Position numbers and translations under genes: made by a program. Of a DNA stretch of 64,000 nucleotides, positions 1 to 13,291 are shown one piece after another. The stretch's first letter is position 1, and every line of letters starts with the position of its first letter. Source of the DNA: Ruditapes philippinarum (Eukaryota); NCBI RefSeq assembly GCF_026571515.1, contig NW_026858768.1:124001-188000 (forward strand), in the 5' to 3' direction. A model generated the notes under the pieces. The model worked only from the letters and a program-made list of their open reading frames with translations. It ran no database searches and was not told the DNA's origin.

Positions 1-150
1 GAACAAGAGAAATGCGACGAGAACTAACAGTAGAACAAAAGTCACGACCAATAACAGAAGAACTGACAACAGAGAAATGCGACCAGAACCGATAACAAAA
101 GAACAAAGACGACGACCGATAACAGAACAACGAACACCAAAACCCAAGAG
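1..150. repeat. Degenerate short tandem repeat (cgacca/gataacagaa-type), cut by the window edge
   Basis: Recurrent 'acaacagagaaatgcgac' and 'cgaccgataacagaa' motifs. Confidence 0.5.
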
Positions 151-3100
151 AAAGGTGCCTGTAATAATTTTACATGCACACGTTTTAACCCCCTCACATA
201 CGCACGCTGTATAAGTAGGAATCTGAGTAGCCACTCTATATGCTTGCAATCTAGCAAAAAGTGCAGGGAAAATAAGAGTGTAGTGTTCGCTGCGTAAACC
301 CTATAAATGGTTCAAAGGAGTAGGGACTTTCTAGAAATTTTATCTCTTACATTCTAGTCTCTTATGTTTAAATGCCTTAAAATTTCCAGTACTATCTTTA
401 ATATTACTTCTATATTACTATTAAATTGACCTATAGAAAAATGCTCGCCATCTTATTTGTTTTTTTTAATTCTGTTTTGTTGTCGAATTTGTTTTTACCT
501 AAACATGCTTTGTGACAAATTTCAAGCTTTTCCTTTCCTTAAAACTTTTATTTGATATATCATCCATTTATAATAAAGAAATTTGGCGGCCATTTTAGTG
601 GTCATTTTAAATGGCCATTTCAATGGCCAAGATCAAGTTTTTCAATTTGGTATCCACCTTTATCGGATTCAGCAAACCTTAAATAGGTAAAATACACCAA
701 GATACCATTTGTACTACAAAATGCCTCTAGCATCTTATAGAGAACCAAATTCTCAAAATCAGTCCTGTCTAATACATGTACGAGTTGAAACTCCACGGCA
801 AACGCTTAAGTCGTTGACTTGAAGATACAAATACTTGCAGACGATATTGCAACAGAACTGCGTGCATATAAAGCGGATATTACGTATGAACACAGTTCAG
901 TAACTAGGAAACGCACAAAGTCTCGTCGAATCTCCATTTAAAAAACAATCAAACGAGACTAGAATTATTACATTTATCTAAACGCTATTCCATGTACAAA
1001 TATTCTTTTTGTTTCCTTTTTCTTGATTTCAAGTTGTCTATATATACTATATAGAGTTACTCGTTGTTAGCAGGCTTGGACAGGAAGAAGAAATATACGG
1101 TCTGAAAAAGATTAAATCCTATTTTTTCTCAACTTTATATGGTTAAGTACAAAGCTTTATTACAACTCATCTATTGCGCGCGCAAAATTAAAAAGAACAA
1201 CAAACCAACCAAAAGCATAACAAAACAAAAAACACTATCACCACCAACGACAGCCACAAAATGTATCATTAATATTTTGTTGTTATTTGGTCTAGATTGC
1301 TTTTATTTAAATACGCGTTATTATTATATACCAGTGTGAAATATTCAGGCGCTAACCTAAAAGGACGCATTTCAAATTTTGACGCTGCAATGACGTAGTT
1401 AAGTATGTCTTTTAGAAATCTATCCGTATAAATCTATCCTAATTAATTATTTTACTTATTATCTATACAATCTGACATAATTTCAGTACTCCTGACATAA
1501 CAGACGTCTCTATCGTTAGTTACCATGGCAACATTAATTCCGGAACGCTGACTTTAAAAAACAATTAATAAGACCATATAGCAATAATGTTATATTTAGA
1601 AGATAATAAAGAACTAATGACAGAGAATTTAGTTTGGTTTCAACTATTTTCATATTGAGCGTTCTCGTAAATTAATGTACATGATAAATCAAAGATGAAT
1701 TATACCGCTTATTTGACATTGAAAATAATGTCATTTTTTAGAAAAGGAACATTTTTTTTTGCATTTTCGCTCATATACCTAAGATGGCACACGTATGAAT
1801 AACTATGGAAATAAAATGCTTTCCGTTCTTTTCTGAAATTCGTAAAGAATAATTTCAAATTAAAGTAGAGGTAATTGCTTTCGCAGACTGGTATTTTTAT
1901 AATATATCACAGTTTTTACAAAACGTTAGTTTTTGCGAGTTAAATTTGCGAATTTATTTTGAAAAACAAAGGGGTAAGTTGCCACAGACTTAATATATAT
2001 CGAAGAGCGAATAAGTCGATACATATTTGAATGACTTTCTTGTAACTTACATACATGTCAACATAAGAATAACATTAATAATAACAACCAACAACAAAAT
2101 AATAAACACACGAAAACAACATAAAAAACAATATTTTCAATTACAACACACATAATTTGATTAATGTGACAAATACACATTTTATATAATGCATATAATT
2201 TATTCAGTATTCATTCACAAATATTTTTACAGATATATATGAATAATTTACATTATCAGTATGCATACTAAATGGATTTTCCTATATTTTATTTTCTTGT
2301 AGGTTTACACACAAAAAGCACGCTCGGAACAAAATCGCAGCACGCACGTATTACACATTAAACGAAGAAATGTTAGCTTTTAAAGTCTTTTTCATATTCT
2401 ATTTAAATAGTTTATTACCAAATTTACCAATTTACTAGACACTGTAACTATACTTAATTCCCATCTTTCTGGGTATTACAAAGTAATGATGCTAGTACTA
2501 ATCTTATATCAAATCTAGTTTTACAAAATTGTGACGTAAAACTATTTAAACAAAAGTAACAGATAATAGGTTTAATGATTGTACAGGAGGTCATGCAGTA
2601 AAATAAATATGGTCTGACACATGAATAAATATATGTAATCTTTTGCAATGGAATATTAACCTACACATAAGCAATAACATGATATAATTACAAATGAAAC
2701 GTATCAAATTAACGCCATAGAAGCTTCTTTTTCAAAGTACATAGAAAACGTAAAGTGAGCTTAAAGGAGCTCTACTGAAGTCAAAAATAGCAAATATACC
2801 CATATATTGCCTCATTTTAGTGAAAAGCGTTGTAACGCTCTTCATTTTTGGGTTATGTTGCGCAATAAAAATGATTATTCTGGTAAACGGGATGATGATC
2901 TGAAAATTTGCATCAAATTTATTGGTCAAGACCTACATCAAATGGTTACACAAATCTCAGGGGGAAAATCCAGTCTTGTCATGTCCAGAAAAACTCAGTG
3001 GAGTCTCTTTAATAGTGTTTGTTAAAACTGGTTTGATTTCAGAGTCGAACGTTGCATTTGCGAATATTTGAAATCTTCTCACGTAAAAGAAACCCTTTTG

Positions 3101-3316
3101 TCCTTTGATAGTTTTTTCTTTTTTGAAAAAGAAGGAAAGAAACCAACAACAATGGTGACAGCCGCTACACCCTGGCGGCTGATTTGTACCGTGCCATGTT
3201 TTTGTTCCGCGGGCACCAGATGAAAGCACGACAAATGATTACTCTGTCGTTTCGTGATTTCGATTGGCGAAGCGGAAGCATGAAATTTTCATACGGTGTT
3301 CCGTGAAGGCCGTACG

Positions 3317-3570
3317 GTGTTCCGTAAAGGCCAGCGCGTTTTCTCCCGAGAATGGAAAGCGCTAAACATGACAGTACAATGGTGACAATACGACAGTACG
3401 AAGGTGACAGTACGAAGGTGACAGAACGACAGTACGATGGTGACAGAACGAAGGTGATATTACGACAGTACGACGGATTGTCACTATCGTACTGTCTCAC
3501 TATCACAATCATATTGTCATGTTTCGCGCTTTTGGGTCTCAGAGAAAACGCGCTGGCCCTAACAGAACAC
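3317..3570. mobile_element. MITE-like element with terminal inverted repeats and internal cgacagtacga repeats
   Basis: Left end gtgttccgtaaaggccagcgcgttttctc matches the reverse complement of the right end gagaaaacgcgctggccctaacagaacac. The interior carries repeated 'acgacagtacgaaggtg' units. Confidence 0.75.
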
Positions 3571-4124
3571 TGATTTTCGTCTTTCGTGTTTTCGGAGATA
3601 CAGAAATATCTATATTGAAAGTTAAAACAAATATGTGGCGTTAAGTTTATACTGCTCTTCAACATTTAGTACTGCGACCGTTATATATTGTTCATTTTGA
3701 TGTATTTTGTAATTATTTCCTGTACAATCAACAAAAACAATAAAATGAAACTAACAGCAATAATTATTAAAGTTTCTGTTCCAGTTCAGGTACAACTTTA
3801 TGAGCTCTTTAATTATACAAAAATGCACGAATCTTTCAATAACAAGTGATAATAATTGATGAAACATCGATTATACAATAAATCCAATCTCATTAAATCG
3901 ACTGATCATGACACTCATTGACTGCAAGCGTTCAAATGATCGCGATCATTCCTCGACTGTCAAGTTAATTTGTTAATTTATCAAGTCAGAACTCATCAAA
4001 GCACAGGAATACTATAAATAGATATTGTTGTATGTGTAAATATTGAACATGTATAATATCTTCGGGTTCCGATTCTTTATCACTGTCATTTTATAACATA
4101 GTTTTTATATTATATTGTACCAGA

Positions 4125-4463
4125 AACACCATGCCTCCAGATTAGCCAAAAGTATTTCAAGAAAATCAAACATGAGAAAAATGTACTAAAACCTTAAGCA
4201 AAATTAATAGATTCAAGTAAAAATTAACATTTTATGTGCGATAAATGACCGAGTTAGCAGTGTTTGTCAACATATTTCTACTGCGTGACTAACGCAGTAA
4301 TGGCCATTTTGTGTATATTTTGACCTTCTTTTGGTAAATTACATAGATTGTAAGTGCAGTTTGCAATGTGTAAATTACTTTCTTTGTCCCCTTAAAACTA
4401 TTTTACTGTTAAATACATTTTAAAAATTTTCATGAAAATTTGCATCAAGGCATGCTGCTTTAA
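4125..4463. mobile_element. Decayed copy of the TTAA-flanked MITE family seen at 42697-43003
   Basis: Shares catgcctccagat, gcgt(g/t)actaacgcagt and the terminal ggcatgctgctttaa with the 42.7-kb copy. Confidence 0.6.
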
Positions 4464-5149
4464 AACGAAACAAAAATCCTCCACAAAATAAATAAACAAA
4501 CAGTATTCTACATGATGACGTGAAGTTCCTTATAGGGAAAATATTTAAAACTGCATAAAATACATCAAAAGGGAAAGCGGGTGTCGGAAACTGATTCAAA
4601 AGAAACAAAATCATTTGCAGTGACAAATTTTATAAATTTCTCAAACAAAATGACGATTAAAAAGAGTCACGTGTATTTCGGTATCATATATCTTTGATCG
4701 TGTTCATACACATGGAAATAAATGGAGTTATCCAAAAACTTTTTTTGTGTATTAGTAGAGTTAATATTTTATTAGTCATATTGTGCACCATTTCTCGTAC
4801 ACTTAGTTTTTGTCGTTATAATTTTATGTGGTTGTTGTCAAATTCAATTCATTTATTGATTTCAGAGTTACATAAATGAGTATAAATAATGATTAAAATA
4901 ATCTACTCAAAAGTGGCAGTAGCTACAAAATCAAGTGTCTACTAAACCACTATCCGTTTCGTGTCCATTTTGTTCTGGTAAGTTATGTGTGAATTTATCC
5001 GGAAATCGGCTGCAAATTACATTAATATTTGATAAAGGTAGTCAATATAATAGTATAATGGTAAAACAAATAATATCTGTTAGATGTAACAATATATTTG
5101 CCATACATTTCGGTCCATTTACAGAGATTAACTCTAAATAACTTTCCAT

Positions 5150-5640
5150 TTATCTTCTGATAACTGCAAGGTACAATGACTTATGATGAGTCCACTACTT
5201 AGGACTTCCTGTTATTGTTTGTAAAATGCCAGAGACTTCATTCTGATAACTTGGATACATTGAAGACATTTTGAGTAACGTACTGAAACTGTTTTCTTAG
5301 TTATACTCAACGAAAACCAATTTTGTACATGTACAAAGAGTTCTACTTGACGATTCTTTACCGGATGTTTCAAATGAGCTCAAGCTCTGGTAATAACACA
5401 AAACATAACCTTCATCACAAAGGTCAATCTAATTAACTTTCATCCGCCACTAAGTACAATTATCATTTTGACGACTGTTATCTTCACGTGCCATTTTAAC
5501 AGATACTCCGTGACAATTATACCAGAATAACTCCATCAATCGCAACATTTCTGGTCCTTTCCCTGAAAGACCTCGAACACCAATCGTATAGGAATACACA
5601 GAACGGATACGGTATTTCGCTAAGGAATTAAACATGTAAA
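5150..5640 (-). pseudogene. Possible fossil piggyBac-like transposase fragment
   Basis: Broken minus-strand frames give RERTRNVAIDGVILV ... WRMKV ... DLCDEGYV ... SGK. This recalls the piggyBac VAIDE..., WG.KV..LCD..GY...GK blocks, but there are many stops and frameshifts. Confidence 0.3.
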
Positions 5641-7540
5641 CAAATAGACTAGTTATTTACAAAAAAAATCAACAACAAGAAATAGAAAATGCCTCCTACA
5701 GTTTACGTATACATTATACGTATATTATTGCATAAGGGAACATACATGTGTATGATAATAAGTATATATGTACATGTGTCTGCACTAGAAATCGCTTAGT
5801 TCTTTTTAAACGATAAGTAGTCAATGTAAAAAAAAATCCTCATTTGCAAGTGGTTGATTTTCGAGATATTTGTCAGCTTATTGTTGACATAATAAGAAAA
5901 AGTGTGCTTACCTGTACACATGTGAAATATTAGCCTTTTTTCACTTCTGTTCGTTCCTTTTTACATTTTTTTTTCTATCATTATTTACACTTTGTTTCCT
6001 TTGGCAAAATAAATTCTCAATAATTCAAAATGATTTTCTAAACAAGAGAGCACTTGTTGTCATTTTGCGCCGTATCGATTCTACATGCTTATCAATGTTA
6101 TTTTCTATACGTCGCCTAGCAACGGAAAAGGTGGCAACTGGATGTGACGTCATTGCTCTTGTTTAAGAGTGGTCGGTGATATCGCTTTTCTATATGAAAT
6201 AAAAATATTGCAAGTTGCAAATAAAATATTTACCGATATGGCATGACCATCGCAAAATGTGACCGACATATTTATTAAGCTTTTGGTGTCAGTTACTCGG
6301 AGCTCTGCTGTGGGCAGACTAGTCTATTTGAAGTTCGAATCTTACTATCAGCTGACATTATATCAGCAGAGTTGGCCAGGTTCAATGAAATTACTTTTGA
6401 AAGAGAGAAATTTTCAATTCCGAGCGTGCACCTGGATTTCACTAGTATTTTAAGTCTTTAAAGCGGCACGCATTCGTACCAAATCTTCAAAACATTAAAA
6501 TGGAGTGGTGGTGGAGGTGAATGTTTTCATAGTTTACGAAATGTAAAAAAGTATTTACAATACAGTTCAAACTTAATATTATACAACTTATAACAGACAA
6601 TGTGCTATTGTAATCCTCAAAAACGTTCCACTTTACTAACGAAATTTCGGCATGTTTTTCAACTTTCTGTAGATAAAGAAATACCACAAATTACACAATC
6701 ATTAGTTCGGAAAGTTATGCAAATTTCTACTTGTTACATGTATACTGTTGTTATATAACACCAGACATATGTAGTTGTTATTTTTTTCTTTATTTAAAAC
6801 TTTATTCTCTGTAATAAAAACAAGTCAGAAATTGGAGATAACTCTGTCATTAATTTTCTATATTGTTATAAAAGTTACATCCCTTTGTTAGATTATATGA
6901 ATATATCTGTGAATTTTTAGAAAAAAATGGATCGGTCAACCCTATATAAAGCAAATATTTTCGAGTGCGCCAAACTAAACATTTTCTGCTATAAATGTGA
7001 TAATGTTTATCTAGCTTTTCGGAAATATAAATCAGATTCTGTCAAACATGTTTGTCTGTAGTTTATGCCTAATAAGAGTCCATCCGTCGCACAAACTCAG
7101 CTTTTGCTATCGAGTACGGACCCGGACATGTCACCAATCATGCTCTTAAAGAGTGAATTGAAATATTTCAACACGAAATAGCTCTGGATTTGCCATATTT
7201 ATAAAAGATGACACTGCTTAATTTATTTCAAAATTTACTGTTTTTGTGGCATCAATTAAAGAAAACTTTCATTGTGAAAGTGAAATATCTTTTAATTGTG
7301 AAGGTGGCATTTTGGAATTGTAAAGAGGCCTTCTCCAACGAAAAAGCCATGATTTTATCATACCTAAATCGACACCAATTTCACCATATTCAATCAATAA
7401 TCGGACGTGTGGTATTGTCTTATATAAAATATATACACTTAGCTGTAACTCATACCAACACTATTTAGAGCGTGGGGAAATACTGGTGTCTATATTGTGA
7501 TTTCTATCATTTTGTAAATCTTCTATCAGTCTCTATTCTT

Positions 7541-7760
7541 ACCGCCTCCGTGGTCGAGGGGTTAGAGTCGATTATTTCTAATACAGTTTCCTCTCTGGCG
7601 TGGGTTCGATCCCTGGGAAATGCTTTGGTAGTTTAGCACGGAGGAAGGTAGTCAAGTACTGCTGTAACTCTCCAGAAACAATGGCTAGGAAACTACCCGC
7701 CTATATGACTGAAATACTGTTGGGAAAAGGCGTAAAATGAAACAAACAAACAAACAAAAC
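7541..7760 (+). mobile_element. tRNA-derived SINE
   Basis: A-box-like gtggtcgag, B-box ggttcgatcc, and a 3' end ggcgtaaaa followed by an (aaac)n tail. Confidence 0.7.
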
Positions 7761-10324
7761 TTAACGTATGAAAATGACCATGAAGATGTGTGTTGTAGAA
7801 AAACATATCTACGCCTCATACATACTTTATTTTCGTGTGTCCACTCTTTAACGGGAAAAAAGGGAATTAATAAAAAAATCTTATATAGTTACAGTATCAG
7901 TAATTATATTTTTGCTAGAATTTTTTTTATTTTGTATTGACATGTATTTTGAGTGTGTTGAAGGATATTTGGGTAGTATACAGGGTCCTGGGGTGGGCCC
8001 CTGGAGGTATATGGTTTGGTCCAAAGCCGATTACCTGTGGTGGCCAGACCCCGTGTTCACAAAGATTAGGGGATCAGAATCAAATTTAGAAAAATAAATA
8101 TTCTCCATTATTTGTCCTAATATTAATTTGCATGTTTATAAAATTTTACAGTTGATTCAATATTGATCTTGATCCTAAAATTGATCCTTATTTTGATCAG
8201 ATTATTTTTGTATTTGAACAACAATTGGGGTCACCACCCTACTTTTAGAGTTATAAGCCCTTGAAAATGAGACTTTTCTCTTTTAGGTAATTCTCAAGAG
8301 AAGACAACTCAAAAATAAGCATTTGGTAAATTATTTATTGTTCATTATTATTAGTTATTACGTTAGTTTAGCATCTTGTGGTTGAGCGTTTATATTATGG
8401 GTTGAGGCATCAGAATTGCAGCCACCGTTTATCCCTGCGTGACCGTAAGTGCCGACTAAATGTTTTATATGAAGTGAAGTGATTTTGACCCCTGGTGTTG
8501 CTTTAAATCTGTAACAGCCGGCAAACTATGTTTCAATACCAAAACACAATTGTAGTGTCCTTCAAAACATGGACATAACAGGAAGAAAATTCAATTTGCG
8601 TAAGTAACTACCAAATAAAATATGATAGACAGAATTTCAGCAAATTTGTGATCATGACGGCGAAATAAAGTAAGAAATATGAACATGAAATCAAATAGTT
8701 TGCCTGTCGAAATTTTGAGTTATCTGCACCAGAAAATGACTTGAAAAGACTAAAATCTCACGAACAAAAGAAAGATGGAGACCACATTTTTCATAAACGT
8801 GTTTCTATTATGATTTTCTGCAATCATATAAAGTTTAAGAAAACGTTTTGGTAACATTTTTCTTCGTAACAAATGTTAAGTTTCTGCGATAGAGTTTTTT
8901 TATCTGTACTCAATCCATTGCTGAGAAAATATAAATACAATAAGAATAAGGGACAAGCTGTTAAACTGAGCCTGCAATTTCGTGAAAATAATATTACAAT
9001 GCACATGCTTTTTACATAAAGTTATTAAATACAAATATAACAACATATTTGTTTACTTATTTTTACGAACATAAATAAATTAATAACACAAAAGAATTAA
9101 CTGTAATAAAACAGCCTTTTCCATAGGTAAAATAAAAAGCATTCCCAGTAAGAGAACGAACGCCGCCTCACCCGGCAGCCGCCAAAAGTACCAGTTAGAA
9201 AATTTGACAGCACATTCACTAGAATAGAGGGGCCCTATGTAAACATACATAAAAAAAGACTAATATATACGATTGTTTTATATTACCTGCGATACAACAG
9301 CGTAATTCATCTTTATTTACACAATAATACATTATAAATAAAGTAAACACAGACCTGTTTATCATGACTTCATAGCAAATAAACAATTAATTGTCGATTT
9401 TCTTTAATACATATATAAATAAAATTAGCACCCCTTTTAAAACAAGAAATGAAAATAAAGAATAATTTTTTTTTATATATTTAAAGGGTAAATTTTAATT
9501 CAAAAATTTATAAATTTAATTAACACACATTCTAGAATCACATTTTATGGTACAAAACGCAATTTCCTCAGAAAAAAAAAACACCATAAAAATGTGCACA
9601 TATATCTTTTAATATTTGTAAATTTGAACATAATAAGACATACATGTATGTGAAAATACACAGATATCTGATATACAGACAAGCACAAAATACGGAGTAC
9701 AAAAAATAATTCACTCAACCTTAAATAACAGTTAACATCCGTATTAAAGCTCATTGCTTTTGATCACATCAACAAATAGTTAATATGTATACAATGATAG
9801 TTAATGCCATTTGTTGGTTACAGGTACCTTAAATTATAACCACAGGGCGTTTGCCACATTCATCTTGCCAATAATGGTCACATTATCATAAAGTAATATC
9901 CCCTTTATCATCAAAATCCATTACCCATTTACTTTATGTTTTTGATGATCAAGGGGAGATCATTTTTATAATAATTTCACCATTATTGGCAATATACAAA
10001 TATCCAATATACAAATTATACGCATATACGACAGAACATGCATGCAGACGTAACTGTTAAGATGGATAACCCTCACATAGATTATTTTATTATATTGTCA
10101 CCATAATGGTACAGTCGGGTCATTATATAAGACAAGATCTTAACAGGAATATAATTATTTAGTCACAAGCATGAATACATTTTTTATCAATAACAGTGAT
10201 CACGTGACGTGAAATATGATCTCAAAACGATAATGACGACTGAAAAGGAATAGAAATGTGATACGCATACTGATAGGAAATAAATGTCTGAACACACGAA
10301 TATTTATTTACATTCCCTATGTTA

Positions 10325-12322
10325 ATACATGTATACGTACTTGTGTATAAATGCAATATATAAAAAGCTGTTTCTTTCTGTATGTATGCACTTGTGTATA
10401 AATGCAATATATAAAAAGCTGTTTCTTTCTGTATGTACGTACTAGTGTATAAATGCAATATATAAAAAGCTGTTTCTTTCTGTATGTATGCACTTGTGTA
10501 TAAATGCAATATATAAAAAGCTGTTTCTTTCTGTATGTATGCACTTGTGTATAAATGCAATATATAAAAAAGCTGTTTCTTTCTGTATATAAAAAGCTGT
10601 TTCTTTCTGTATGTATGCACTTGTGTATAAATGCAATATATAAAAAGCTGTTTCTTTCTGTATGTACGTACTTGTGTATAAATGCAATATATAAAAAGCT
10701 GTTTCTTTCTGTATGTATGCACTTGTGTATAAATGCAATATATAAAAAGCTGTTTCTTTCTGTATGTACGTACTTGTGTAATAAATGCAATATATAAAAA
10801 GCTGTTTCTTTCTGTATGTACGCACTTGTGTATAAATGCAATATATAAAAAGCTGTTTCTTTCTGTATGTACGTACTAGTGTATAAATGCAATATATAAA
10901 AAGCTGTTTCTTTCTGTATGTATGCACTTGTGTATAAATGCAATATATAAAAAGCTGTTTCTTTCTGTATGTACGTACTTGTGTATAAATGCAATATATA
11001 AAAAGCTGTTTCTTTCTGTATGTATGCACTTGTGTATAAATGCAATATATAAAAAGCTGTTCTTTTTGTATGTACGTACTAGTGTATAAATGCAATATAT
11101 AAAAAATCTGTTTCTTTCTGTATGTATGCACTTGTGTATAAATGCAATATATAAAAAGCTGTTTCTTTCTGTATGTATGCACTTGTGTATAAATGCAATA
11201 TATAAAAAGCTGTTTCTTTCTGTATGTACGTACTTGTGTATAAATGCAAATATATTAAAAGCTGTTTATTTCTGTATGTATGCACTTGTGTATAAATGCA
11301 ATATATAAAAAGCTGTTTCTTTCTGTATGTACGTACTAGTGTATAAATGCAATATATAAAAAGCTGTTTCTTTCTGTATGTATGCACTTGTGTATAAATG
11401 CAATATATAAAAAAGCTGTTTCTTTCTGTATGTATGCACTTGTGTATAAATGCAATATATAAAAAAGCTGTTTCTTTCTGTATATAAAAGCTGTTTCTTT
11501 CTGTATGTATGCACTTGTGTATAAATGCAATATATAAAAAGCTGTTTCTTTCTGTATGTACGTACTTGTGTATAAATGCAATATATAAAAAGCTGTTTTT
11601 TCTGTATGTATGCACTTGTGTATAAATGCAATATATAAAAAGCTGTTTCTTTCTGTATGTACGTACTTGTGTATAAATGCAATATATAAAAAGCTGTTTC
11701 TTTCTGTATGTACGCACTTGTGTATAAATGCAATATATAAAAAGCTGTTTCTTTCTGTATGTACGTACTAGTGTATAAATGCAATATATAAAAAGCTGTT
11801 TCTTTCTGTATGTATGCACTTGTGTATAAATGCAATATATAAAAAAGCTGTTTCTTTCTGTATGTACGTACTTGTGTATAAATGCAATATATAAAAAGCT
11901 GTTTCTTTCTGTATGTATGCACTTGTGTATAAATGCAATATATAAAAAGCTGTTTCTTTCTGTATGTACGTACTAGTGTATAAATGCAATATATAAAAAT
12001 CTGTTTCTTTCTGTATGTATGCACTTGTGTATAAATGCAATATATAAAAAGCTGTTTCTTTCTGTATGTATGCACTTGTGTATAAATGCAATATATAAAA
12101 AGCTGTTTCTTTCTGTATGTACGTACTTGTGTATAAATGCAATATATAAAAAGCTGTTTATTTCTGTATGTATGCACTTGTGTATAAATGCAATATATAA
12201 AAAGCTGTTTCTTTCTGTATGTACGTACTTGTGTATAAATGCAATATATAAAAAGCTGTTTCTTTCTGTATGTACGTACTAGTGTATAAATGCACTATAT
12301 CAAAGCTGTTTCTTTCTGTATA
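10325..12322. repeat. 51-bp minisatellite, about 39 copies
   Basis: Unit tgtatgtatgcacttgtgtataaatgcaatatataaaaagctgtttctttc. The 17-aa periodicity of the spurious ORFs confirms the 51-bp unit. Confidence 0.97.
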
Positions 12323-12361
12323 TAATGGCATGTAACATATTCAAAAATGAATGTTTTTTTT

Positions 12362-13291
12362 TCATTTAGTACAATATCTTCCTTGTGCACAATTGATTCG
12401 CTGACACATTCGTTTACGAATAAACAACAAAATAATACCGAGTAATATCACAACTAGTAAAATTCCTGAGATAACTTGTTTTAGGTGAGAAAATGTCCAC
12501 CATATAACTACACCATCCCACTGGTGCCAGGATGAGCCGGTCATGTGACGAACAAATTTCCTCATAACCGGTTCTTCCAGTAAATGTATTTCTTGTTTTT
12601 CGCTGTAAGACTTATACTGTGCATTGAGAAACATTGGTCCAGTTGTATACATGGTTGTTACATACGGTAGCACATACCAACGGTTCGCTGACTCCAGACC
12701 ACAAACTACATGTTTCATAAAAGGATGTTTCGGTTTTGCTATCATAAAATCATTAGACACAACCGGCGGGCTTGTTAGATACAAAACAATGTCCGTTGTA
12801 CTCTTGAATGTTTTATATAAGTCATTAAGCTGTTTTCCAGTTGATTTAATGTCTAGGTCAACATAAATTCCACCATACTCGTACAGCACAATGTACCTCG
12901 CCATGTCTGCACGTCGAACCCAGTGATCGTAACTGTGGTATAAATCCCGTAACTGCGGATACCGCTCCTCTAGAAGTTCCTCAACCATTGATGCATTCCA
13001 CAGAGTGTATTTAAAACCATTATGATTATATTCCCATGTTTTTCTGGCAGAATTCAATCTTTCTGGTAATGTTTTATCCGTCATGTAGAAAAACATTTGA
13101 TGAATATGCTTCGGTATAACACGTGATTTGTTTACACTGATATCTTGGGCGGAATCGCATGAAAATCCATCAATTATGCTGTGTTTTTTAACGTAAATAT
13201 TACTGTACGAATAATTGTTAAGTGTAGCAAGCAGAAGAAAAACTGTCGTCTGCAAGACTGCAAAATACGCCAAACATTTTGTACGCCGCAT
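12362..13291 (-). CDS. GT32-family glycosyltransferase (SUR1/CSH1-like, DXD), single coding exon, 309 aa
   Basis: N-terminal signal anchor; motifs IPKHIHQ, YTLWN, RADMARY..LYEYGGIYVDLD (DXD), SNDFM.AKPKHPF, TTGPMFL and H..GSSWH; C-terminal TM helix. Confidence 0.9.
   Translation of the reverse strand: MRRTKCLAYFAVLQTTVFLLLATLNNYSYSNIYVKKHSIIDGFSCDSAQDISVNKSRVIPKHIHQMFFYMTDKTLPERLNSARKTWEYNHNGFKYTLWNASMVEELLEERYPQLRDLYHSYDHWVRRADMARYIVLYEYGGIYVDLDIKSTGKQLNDLYKTFKSTTDIVLYLTSPPVVSNDFMIAKPKHPFMKHVVCGLESANRWYVLPYVTTMYTTGPMFLNAQYKSYSEKQEIHLLEEPVMRKFVRHMTGSSWHQWDGVVIWWTFSHLKQVISGILLVVILLGIILLFIRKRMCQRINCAQGRYCTK

Noticed and set aside
3165-3665. 166-aa repetitive ORF
   Set aside because: It lies over a MITE and its internal repeats.
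7541-7620. tRNA gene
   Set aside because: A and B boxes are present but no cloverleaf can be closed. A SINE body and (aaac)n tail follow.
10222-12282. Long 124-303-aa ORFs in several frames
   Set aside because: They are translations of the 51-bp minisatellite, which is nearly stop-free on the minus strand. Frames switch at unit indels and there is no gene structure.
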